A stretch of 31,175 bases of DNA, from contig NEEC01000039.1 of the NCBI GenBank assembly GCA_002189035.1, positions 1 to 31,175 of the forward strand, read 5' to 3'. The translations under genes and the position numbers were made by a program. The notes beneath the pieces are model-generated. The model was not told the DNA's origin. It saw nothing but the letters and a program-made list of their open reading frames with translations, and made no database searches. The stretch's first letter is position 1. Every line of letters begins with the position of its first letter. Below, in pieces: positions 12,578 through 22,600 of this stretch. The DNA is from Utricularia gibba (taxonomy: Eukaryota; Plantae; Magnoliophyta).

Positions 12578-13646
12578 GAGACCATCAACCCGTTGAATCG
12601 TGTCGATGCTTGAGGGAAGACGACCACCCATTCATCTTTGTACGTTGCATCGGACCTGGTTGAAAGTGAGGACGGAAAATTGGCTACACTCGTAAAGGTG
12701 CACGAGCAGTATGCTCAATCGGATGATGGTCAAGCCGTTAGCATACGGAAAACACACTCGCGTGTTGCGCACGCGGCTTTAACGATTGCTTAACCGAGTG
12801 ATCCCTTCTCTATGTCCATCCACAATCTGGGTAAAAGGCATCCGGAGGTCAGGCATTGGAATGTCGTAAGGTATGAAGTATGCATGTTGCAAGGCGTGAC
12901 CTGCTTGCGAAGCAATACCGATCCATTCCACGTTACCCGCTTCTTTGCAAAGCCTGGAGGGAGAATGGAATTTTGCATCAGGAGTGGATGCCATGGGGGT
13001 CGAATTATAAGGGGAGGTGTGCGTTTGTTCCGTGAGCTATGTGGATTCGAAGCACAAGTGCTGGGTGGTCGAGTTATGGACTTTGGGTTAGGAGTGGCTA
13101 CACTCTGGATCCACGATCGATATGTTCTTCGATGCTCTATGACTCATTTCTCATTCAATGATGTCCACTCAATAGTAGCTTACGTGGCTCGCAACGTATG
13201 TTTGATATAGATGACATCCTTTAACCTGTATGGTCGAAGGTTTTCTCCTCCCAAACGTATAGCGGCATGCCCACTTTCGTGTCCAAATATTCAGGAGGTC
13301 GGGGTGGTAGCCATCTAACGGCTGGATAGCACATCCACATCGTATGTGCTCCGTAGAATGAATCCGAAAATGTTAATGTTTCCAACGCACGTTGTTGGAG
13401 ATCGGGAAAGTACATGGAGTGTCCTTGGCCACATTCTAGTATTCATTGGATGCTGGCTGAGTTTGTTGCACAACAAAACACCCTCAAACGAGTAGCGATG
13501 GTGCACCATGATCCGCCATGGAGTGAACTCGTGACTCCTCTGCGTAAGTCTCACTTTGTTTCCATGGAAGATCATAAGGGAAAGCAATAGGAAAAACTAA
13601 GAAGTACTTGGTATCGTTGATGTTACAACCCTGCATCATTGATCCT
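12578..13646 (+). pseudogene. Heavily decayed Plant Mobile Domain (PMD, aminotransferase-like PF10536, MAIN-like) coding remnant, repeated in every monomer at offsets of about 235-1303
   Basis: Motifs are colinear with the PMD consensus as I recall it. 12602-12639 V-D-A-(W, 1-nt frameshift)-R-E-D-D-H-P-F-I-F vs VERWRPETHTFHL. 12674-12739 GKLATLVKVHEQYAQSDDGQAV vs GEMTITLQDVxxLLGLPIDGxAV, with exact TL..V..DG.AV spacing. 12994-13002 WGS and 13025-13042 LFRELC vs WGSAVLAxLYRELC. LGG then 13103-13120 LWIHDR vs GG..LQLWxWER. 13195-13216 RMFD/*MT vs RxxLDxMT. 13323-13361 WIA..C.VE* vs W.A.VPLIC..VEW. 13386-13421 RTLLEIGKVHGV vs RVLRQFGxxQxI. 13602-13646 KY/WYR..IIDP vs YxxWYR..T...I.P. Several frameshifts, stops and small insertions are needed, and no database search was run. 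Confidence 0.55.
12812..13210 (+). CDS. 132-aa residual ORF, an open segment of the decayed PMD frame and probably not a functional gene. Present in 11 copies, with 85/108/109/140-aa allelic versions in other units
   Basis: It is the most common long ORF in the track and contains LFRELC, LGG and LWIHDR. Its ATG exists only in units with the G allele at offset 471, and the frame upstream is interrupted by TAA at offset 448. I see no promoter, splice or RBS support. Confidence 0.15.
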   Translation: MSIHNLGKRHPEVRHWNVVRYEVCMLQGVTCLRSNTDPFHVTRFFAKPGGRMEFCIRSGCHGGRIIRGGVRLFRELCGFEAQVLGGRVMDFGLGVATLWIHDRYVLRCSMTHFSFNDVHSIVAYVARNVCLI

Positions 13647-16600
13647 GATGTACCCCCTTCGTATCGTTGGACGACACATCAGTGGTGAAGTACTTGGCTA
13701 GAGTCCATGGGTTGGACTTTACGGTCCTATGGACGTGCGCATCAGTGCTGGTCTAATCTCCACGCATCCTCATATCTTTCAACGGCCGCGATAATAGACC
13801 AACGGTCTCCTTGTCCAGTCCATTCGCTAAGGAGTCCAGAACACCTGAAGGTAACGGCAAAGCTTGCGAGGCCCGTCCAGCAACGGAGAAAAGAAAGGAA
13901 GTAGTGCGCATGGATGTGAACGCCTAAAAGAGCGTGGGAGTTTGCACTAGAGACCATCAACCCGTTGAATCGTGTCGATGCTTGAGGGAAGACGACCACC
14001 CATTCATCTTTGTACGTTGCATCGGACCTGGTTGAAAGTGAGGACGGAAAATTGGCTACACTCGTAAAGGTGCACGAGCAGTATGCTCAATCGGATGATG
14101 GTCAAGCCGTTAGCATACGGAAAACACACTCGCGTGTTGCGCACGCGGCTTTAACGATTGCTTAACCGAGTGATCCCTTCTCTATGTCCATCCACAATCT
14201 GGGTAAAAGGCATCCGGAGGTCAGGCATTGGAATGTCGTAAGGTATGAAGTATGCATGTTGCAAGGCGTGACCTGCTTGCGAAGCAATACCGATCCATTC
14301 CACGTTACCCGCTTCTTTGCAAAGCCTGGAGGGAGAATGGAATTTTGCATCAGGAGTGGATGCCATGGGGGTCGAATTATAAGGGGAGGTGTGCGTTTGT
14401 TCCGTGAGCTATGTGGATTCGAAGCACAAGTGCTGGGTGGTCGAGTTATGGACTTTGGGTTAGGAGTGGCTACACTCTGGATCCACGATCGATATGTTCT
14501 TCGATGCTCTATGACTCATTTCTCATTCAATGATGTCCACTCAATAGTAGCTTACGTGGCTCGCAACGTATGTTTGATATAGATGACATCCTTTAACCTG
14601 TATGGTCGAAGGTTTTCTCCTCCCAAACGTATAGCGGCATGCCCACTTTCGTGTCCAAATATTCAGGAGGTCGGGGTGGTAGCCATCTAACGGCTGGATA
14701 GCACATCCACATCGTATGTGCTCCGTAGAATGAATCCGAAAATGTTAATGTTTCCAACGCACGTTGTTGGAGATCGGGAAAGTACATGGAGTGTCCTTGG
14801 CCACATTCTAGTATTCATTGGATGCTGGCTGAGTTTGTTGCACAACAAAACACCCTCAAACGAGTAGCGATGGTGCACCATGATCCGCCATGGAGTGAAC
14901 TCGTGACTCCTCTGCGTAAGTCTCACTTTGTTTCCATGGAAGATCATAAGGGAAAGCAATAGGAAAAACTAAGAAGTACTTGGTATCGTTGATGTTACAA
15001 CCCTGCATCATTGATCCTGATGTACCCCCTTCGTATCGTTGGACGACACATCAGTGGTGAAGTACTTGGCTAGAGTCCATGGGTTGGACTTTACGGTCCT
15101 ATGGACGTGCGCATCAGTGCTGGTCTAATCTCCACGCATCCTCATATCTTTCAACGGCCGCGATAATAGACCAACGGTCTCCTTGTCCAGTCCATTCGCT
15201 AAGGAGTCCAGAACACCTGAAGGTAACGGCAAAGCTTGCGAGGCCCGTCCAGCAACGGAGAAAAGAAAGGAAGTAGTGCGCATGGATGTGAACGCCTAAA
15301 AGAGCGTGGGAGTTTGCACTAGAGACCATCAACCCGTTGAATCGTGTCGATGCTTGAGGGAAGACGACCACCCATTCATCTTTGTACGTTGCATCGGACC
15401 TGGTTGAAAGTGAGGACGGAAAATTGGCTACACTCGTAAAGGTGCACGAGCAGTATGCTCAATCGGATGATGGTCAAGCCGTTAGCATACGGAAAACACA
15501 CTCGCGTGTTGCGCACGCGGCTTTAACGATTGCTTAACCGAGTGATCCCTTCTCTATGTCCATCCACAATCTGGGTAAAAGGCATCCGGAGGTCAGGCAT
15601 TGGAATGTCGTAAGGTATGAAGTATGCATGTTGCAAGGCGTGACCTGCTTGCGAAGCAATACCGATCCATTCCACGTTACCCGCTTCTTTGCAAAGCCTG
15701 GAGGGAGAATGGAATTTTGCATCAGGAGTGGATGCCATGGGGGTCGAATTATAAGGGGAGGTGTGCGTTTGTTCCGTGAGCTATGTGGATTCGAAGCACA
15801 AGTGCTGGGTGGTCGAGTTATGGACTTTGGGTTAGGAGTGGCTACACTCTGGATCCACGATCGATATGTTCTTCGATGCTCTATGACTCATTTCTCATTC
15901 AATGATGTCCACTCAATAGTAGCTTACGTGGCTCGCAACGTATGTTTGATATAGATGACATCCTTTAACCTGTATGGTCGAAGGTTTTCTCCTCCCAAAC
16001 GTATAGCGGCATGCCCACTTTCGTGTCCAAATATTCAGGAGGTCGGGGTGGTAGCCATCTAACGGCTGGATAGCACATCCACATCGTATGTGCTCCGTAG
16101 AATGAATCCGAAAATGTTAATGTTTCCAACGCACGTTGTTGGAGATCGGGAAAGTACATGGAGTGTCCTTGGCCACATTCTAGTATTCATTGGATGCTGG
16201 CTGAGTTTGTTGCACAACAAAACACCCTCAAACGAGTAGCGATGGTGCACCATGATCCGCCATGGAGTGAACTCGTGACTCCTCTGCGTAAGTCTCACTT
16301 TGTTTCCATGGAAGATCATAAGGGAAAGCAATAGGAAAAACTAAGAAGTACTTGGTATCGTTGATGTTACAACCCTGCATCATTGATCCTGATGTACCCC
16401 CTTCGTATCGTTGGACGACACATCAGTGGTGAAGTACTTGGCTAGAGTCCATGGGTTGGACTTTACGGTCCTATGGACGTGCGCATCAGTGCTGGTCTAA
16501 TCTCCACGCATCCTCATATCTTTCAACGGCCGCGATAATAGACCAACGGTCTCCTTGTCCAGTCCATTCGCTAAGGAGTCCAGAACACCTGAAGGTAACG

Positions 16601-19600
16601 GCAAAGCTTGCGAGGCCCGTCCAGCAACGGAGAAAAGAAAGGAAGTAGTGCGCATGGATGTGAACGCCTAAAAGAGCGTGGGAGTTTGCACTAGAGACCA
16701 TCAACCCGTTGAATCGTGTCGATGCTTGAGGGAAGACGACCACCCATTCATCTTTGTACGTTGCATCGGACCTGGTTGAAAGTGAGGACGGAAAATTGGC
16801 TACACTCGTAAGGTGCACGAGCAGTATGCTCAATCGGATGATGGTCAAGCCGTTAGCATACGGAAAACACACTCGCGTGTTGCGCACGCGGCTTTAACGA
16901 TTGCTTAACCGAGTGATCCCTTCTCTATGTCCATCCACAATCTGGGTAAAAGGCATCCGGAGGTCAGGCATTGGAATGTCGTAAGGTATGAAGTATGCAT
17001 GTTGCAAGGCGTGACCTGCTTGCGAAGCAATACCGATCCATTCCACGTTACCCGCTTCTTTGCAAAGCCTGGAGGGAGAATGGAATTTTGCATCAGGAGT
17101 GGATGCCATGGGGGTCGAATTATAAGGGGAGGTGTGCGTTTGTTCCGTGAGCTATGTGGATTCGAAGCACAAGTGCTGGGTGGTCGAGTTATGGACTTTG
17201 GGTTAGGAGTGGCTACACTCTGGATCCACGATCGATATGTTCTTCGATGCTCTATGACTCATTTCTCATTCAATGATGTCCACTCAATAGTAGCTTACGT
17301 GGCTCGCAACGTATGTTTGATATAGATGACATCCTTTAACCTGTATGGTCGAAGGTTTTCTCCTCCCAAACGTATAGCGGCATGCCCACTTTCGTGTCCA
17401 AATATTCAGGAGGTCGGGGTGGTAGCCATCTAACGGCTGGATAGCACATCCACATCGTATGTGCTCCGTAGAATGAATCCGAAAATGTTAATGTTTCCAA
17501 CGCACGTTGTTGGAGATCGGGAAAGTACATGGAGTGTCCTTGGCCACATTCTAGTATTCATTGGATGCTGGCTGAGTTTGTTGCACAACAAAACACCCTC
17601 AAACGAGTAGCGATGGTGCACCATGATCCGCCATGGAGTGAACTCGTGACTCCTCTGCGTAAGTCTCACTTTGTTTCCATGGAAGATCATAAGGGAAAGC
17701 AATAGGAAAAACTAAGAAGTACTTGGTATCGTTGATGTTACAACCCTGCATCATTGATCCTGATGTACCCCCTTCGTATCGTTGGACGACACATCAGTGG
17801 TGAAGTACTTGGCTAGAGTCCATGGGTTGGACTTTACGGTCCTATGGACGTGCGCATCAGTGCTGGTCTAATCTCCACGCATCCTCATATCTTTCAACGG
17901 CCGCGATAATAGACCAACGGTCTCCTTGTCCAGTCCATTCGCTAAGGAGTCCAGAACACCTGAAGGTAACGGCAAAGCTTGCGAGGCCCGTCCAGCAACG
18001 GAGAAAAGAAAGGAAGTAGTGCGCATGGATGTGAACGCCTAAAAGAGCGTGGGAGTTTGCACTAGAGACCATCAACCCGTTGAATCGTGTCGATGCTTGA
18101 GGGAAGACGACCACCCATTCATCTTTGTACGTTGCATCGGACCTGGTTGAAAGTGAGGACGGAAAATTGGCTACACTCGTAAAGGTGCACGAGCAGTATG
18201 CTCAATCGGATGATGGTCAAGCCGTTAGCATACGGAAAACACACTCGCGTGTTGCGCACGCGGCTTTAACGATTGCTTAACCGAGTGATCCCTTCTCTAT
18301 GTCCATCCACAATCTGGGTAAAAGGCATCCGGAGGTCAGGCATTGGAATGTCGTAAGGTATGAAGTATGCATGTTGCAAGGCGTGACCTGCTTGCGAAGC
18401 AATACCGATCCATTCCACGTTACCCGCTTCTTTGCAAAGCCTGGAGGGAGAATGGAATTTTGCATCAGGAGTGGATGCCATGGGGGTCGAATTATAAGGG
18501 GAGGTGTGCGTTTGTTCCGTGAGCTATGTGGATTCGAAGCACAAGTGCTGGGTGGTCGAGTTATGGACTTTGGGTTAGGAGTGGCTACACTCTGGATCCA
18601 CGATCGATATGTTCTTCGATGCTCTATGACTCATTTCTCATTCAATGATGTCCACTCAATAGTAGCTTACGTGGCTCGCAACGTATGTTTGATATAGATG
18701 ACATCCTTTAACCTGTATGGTCGAAGGTTTTCTCCTCCCAAACGTATAGCGGCATGCCCACTTTCGTGTCCAAATATTCAGGAGGTCGGGGTGGTAGCCA
18801 TCTAACGGCTGGATAGCACATCCACATCGTATGTGCTCCGTAGAATGAATCCGAAAATGTTAATGTTTCCAACGCACGTTGTTGGAGATCGGGAAAGTAC
18901 ATGGAGTGTCCTTGGCCACATTCTAGTATTCATTGGATGCTGGCTGAGTTTGTTGCACAACAAAACACCCTCAAACGAGTAGCGATGGTGCACCATGATC
19001 CGCCATGGAGTGAACTCGTGACTCCTCTGCGTAAGTCTCACTTTGTTTCCATGGAAGATCATAAGGGAAAGCAATAGGAAAAACTAAGAAGTACTTGGTA
19101 TCGTTGATGTTACAACCCTGCATCATTGATCCTGATGTACCCCCTTCGTATCGTTGGACGACACATCAGTGGTGAAGTACTTGGCTAGAGTCCATGGGTT
19201 GGACTTTACGGTCCTATGGACGTGCGCATCAGTGCTGGTCTAATCTCCACGCATCCTCATATCTTTCAACGGCCGCGATAATAGACCAACGGTCTCCTTG
19301 TCCAGTCCATTCGCTAAGGAGTCCAGAACACCTGAAGGTAACGGCAAAGCTTGCGAGGCCCGTCCAGCAACGGAGAAAAGAAAGGAAGTAGTGCGCATGG
19401 ATGTGAACGCCTAAAAGAGCGTGGGAGTTTGCACTAGAGACCATCAACCCGTTGAATCGTGTCGATGCTTGAGGGAAGACGACCACCCATTCATCTTTGT
19501 ACGTTGCATCGGACCTGGTTGAAAGTGAGGACGGAAAATTGGCTACACTCGTAAAGGTGCACGAGCAGTATGCTCAATCGGATGATGGTCAAGCCGTTAG

Positions 19601-22600
19601 CATACGGAAAACACACTCGCGTGTTGCGCACGCGGCTTTAACGATTGCTTAACCGAGTGATCCCTTCTCTATGTCCATCCACAATCTGGGTAAAAGGCAT
19701 CCGGAGGTCAGGCATTGGAATGTCGTAAGGTATGAAGTATGCATGTTGCAAGGCGTGACCTGCTTGCGAAGCAATACCGATCCATTCCACGTTACCCGCT
19801 TCTTTGCAAAGCCTGGAGGGAGAATGGAATTTTGCATCAGGAGTGGATGCCATGGGGGTCGAATTATAAGGGGAGGTGTGCGTTTGTTCCGTGAGCTATG
19901 TGGATTCGAAGCACAAGTGCTGGGTGGTCGAGTTATGGACTTTGGGTTAGGAGTGGCTACACTCTGGATCCACGATCGATATGTTCTTCGATGCTCTATG
20001 ACTCATTTCTCATTCAATGATGTCCACTCAATAGTAGCTTACGTGGCTCGCAACGTATGTTTGATATAGATGACATCCTTTAACCTGTATGGTCGAAGGT
20101 TTTCTCCTCCCAAACGTATAGCGGCATGCCCACTTTCGTGTCCAAATATTCAGGAGGTCGGGGTGGTAGCCATCTAACGGCTGGATAGCACATCCACATC
20201 GTATGTGCTCCGTAGAATGAATCCGAAAATGTTAATGTTTCCAACGCACGTTGTTGGAGATCGGGAAAGTACATGGAGTGTCCTTGGCCACATTCTAGTA
20301 TTCATTGGATGCTGGCTGAGTTTGTTGCACAACAAAACACCCTCAAACGAGTAGCGATGGTGCACCATGATCCGCCATGGAGTGAACTCGTGACTCCTCT
20401 GCGTAAGTCTCACTTTGTTTCCATGGAAGATCATAAGGGAAAGCAATAGGAAAAACTAAGAAGTACTTGGTATCGTTGATGTTACAACCCTGCATCATTG
20501 ATCCTGATGTACCCCCTTCGTATCGTTGGACGACACATCAGTGGTGAAGTACTTGGCTAGAGTCCATGGGTTGGACTTTACGGTCCTATGGACGTGCGCA
20601 TCAGTGCTGGTCTAATCTCCACGCATCCTCATATCTTTCAACGGCCGCGATAATAGACCAACGGTCTCCTTGTCCAGTCCATTCGCTAAGGAGTCCAGAA
20701 CACCTGAAGGTAACGGCAAAGCTTGCGAGGCCCGTCCAGCAACGGAGAAAAGAAAGGAAGTAGTGCGCATGGATGTGAACGCCTAAAAGAGCGTGGGAGT
20801 TTGCACTAGAGACCATCAACCCGTTGAATCGTGTCGATGCTTGAGGGAAGACGACCACCCATTCATCTTTGTACGTTGCATCGGACCTGGTTGAAAGTGA
20901 GGACGGAAAATTGGCTACACTCGTAAAGGTGCACGAGCAGTATGCTCAATCGGATGATGGTCAAGCCGTTAGCATACGGAAAACACACTCGCGTGTTGCG
21001 CACGCGGCTTTAACGATTGCTTAACCGAGTGATCCCTTCTCTATCTCCATCCACAATCTGGGTAAAAGGCATCCGGAGGTCAGGCATTGGAATGTCGTAA
21101 GGTATGAAGTATGCATGTTGCAAGGCGTGACCTGCTTGCGAAGCAATACCGATCCATTCCACGTTACCCGCTTCTTTGCAAAGCCTGGAGGGAGAATGGA
21201 ATTTTGCATCAGGAGTGGATGCCATGGGGGTCGAATTATAAGGGGAGGTGTGCGTTTGTTCCGTGAGCTATGTGGATTCGAAGCACAAGTGCTGGGTGGT
21301 CGAGTTATGGACTTTGGGTTAGGAGTGGCTACACTCTGGATCCACGATCGATATGTTCTTCGATGCTCTATGACTCATTTCTCATTCAATGATGTCCACT
21401 CAATAGTAGCTTACGTGGCTCGCAACGTATGTTTGATATAGATGACATCCTTTAACCTGTATGGTCGAAGGTTTTCTCCTCCCAAACGTATAGCGGCATG
21501 CCCACTTTCGTGTCCAAATATTCAGGAGGTCGGGGTGGTAGCCATCTAACGGCTGGATAGCACATCCACATCGTATGTGCTCCGTAGAATGAATCCGAAA
21601 ATGTTAATGTTTCCAACGCACGTTGTTGGAGATCGGGAAAGTACATGGAGTGTCCTTGGCCACATTCTAGTATTCATTGGATGCTGGCTGAGTTTGTTGC
21701 ACAACAAAACACCCTCAAACGAGTAGCGATGGTGCACCATGATCCGCCATGGAGTGAACTCGTGACTCCTCTGCGTAAGTCTCACTTTGTTTCCATGGAA
21801 GATCATAAGGGAAAGCAATAGGAAAAACTAAGAAGTACTTGGTATCGTTGATGTTACAACCCTGCATCATTGATCCTGATGTACCCCCTTCGTATCGTTG
21901 GACGACACATCAGTGGTGAAGTACTTGGCTAGAGTCCATGGGTTGGACTTTACGGTCCTATGGACGTGCGCATCAGTGCTGGTCTAATCTCCACGCATCC
22001 TCATATCTTTCAACGGCCGCGATAATAGACCAACGGTCTCCTTGTCCAGTCCATTCGCTAAGGAGTCCAGAACACCTGAAGGTAACGGCAAAGCTTGCGA
22101 GGCCCGTCCAGCAACGGAGAAAAGAAAGGAAGTAGTGCGCATGGATGTGAACGCCTAAAAGAGCGTGGGAGTTTGCACTAGAGACCATCAACCCGTTGAA
22201 TCGTGTCGATGCTTGAGGGAAGACGACCACCCATTCATCTTTGTACGTTGCATCGGACCTGGTTGAAAGTGAGGACGGAAAATTGGCTACACTCGTAAAG
22301 GTGCACGAGCAGTATGCTCAATCGGATGATGGTCAAGCCGTTAGCATACGGAAAACACACTCGCGTGTTGCGCACGCGGCTTTAACGATTGCTTAACCGA
22401 GTGATCCCTTCTCTATGTCCATCCACAATCTGGGTAAAAGGCATCCGGAGGTCAGGCATTGGAATGTCGTAAGGTATGAAGTATGCATGTTGCAAGGCGT
22501 GACCTGCTTGCGAAGCAATACCGATCCATTCCACGTTACCCGCTTCTTTGCAAAGCCTGGAGGGAGAATGGAATTTTGCATCAGGAGTGGATGCCATGGG

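Larger units (their letters stand above)
12344..13715. repeat. Representative consensus monomer (unit 10, 1,372 bp), used for offsets below (position = 12343 + offset)
   Basis: This unit carries the majority allele at every variable site I found, and units 8, 11, 12, 14, 15, 17 and 18 appear identical to it. Hand count gives about 666 G+C of 1372 (48.5%). It has apparently single HindIII (AAGCTT, offset 145) and BamHI (GGATCC, offset 764) sites. The phase is arbitrary and set by the window start. Confidence 0.97.

Noticed and set aside
13040-13056. tRNA T-arm-like sequence on the minus strand (TGTGC-TTCGAAT-CCACA)
   Set aside because: The closing pair is C-C rather than the invariant G53-C61. 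I found no matching acceptor stem about 48 nt upstream and no D or anticodon arms.
13082-13092. Telomere-like TTTGGGTTAGG
   Set aside because: It is a single degenerate occurrence per monomer, which is chance level.
12681-13105. Internal sub-repeat structure suggested by TGGCTACACTC at offsets 338 and 752 and four CCATGG sites
   Set aside because: The matches do not extend into flanks and there is no consistent sub-period. An isolated 11-mer pair is near chance expectation (about 0.2 per monomer).
13114-13121. Dam (GATC) methylation basecalling error as the explanation for the offset-774 variant
   Set aside because: The variant base is in a GATC, but the seven other GATC sites I located in the monomer are invariant and the other hotspots lack GATC. 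A general artefact remains possible, but not a Dam-specific one.
13301-13310. Kinetoplast minicircle UMS-like GGGGTGGTAG (1.4-kb circle concatemer)
   Set aside because: It does not match GGGGTTGGTGTA, I recognised no CSB-1 or CSB-2, and the composition is not minicircle-like.
13505-13513. U1 snRNA-like ACCATGATC
   Set aside because: There is no ATACTTACCTG 5' end, no Sm site and no other snRNA similarity.
13595-13614. Trypanosomatid spliced-leader-like AACTAA...TTG/GTAT in a ~1.4-kb repeat
   Set aside because: There are only 16 nt between the AACTAA start and the putative donor, against 39 nt in the mini-exon. The conserved core is absent and there is no downstream T-tract terminator.
13689-13697. 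5S rRNA box C-like AGTACTTGG (5S tandem array)
   Set aside because: It is a 9-nt match only. Flanks do not match 5S rRNA, there is no box A at the right spacing and no oligo-T terminator.
12344-13715. Viroid-like/Obelisk or small ssDNA virus/plasmid rolling-circle concatemer
   Set aside because: There is no Rep, Oblin or capsid-sized ORF, no TAGTATTAC-type nonanucleotide stem-loop that I could see, and no evident rod-like self-complementarity. Position-clustered shared variants also fit a chromosomal array better than amplification of one template.
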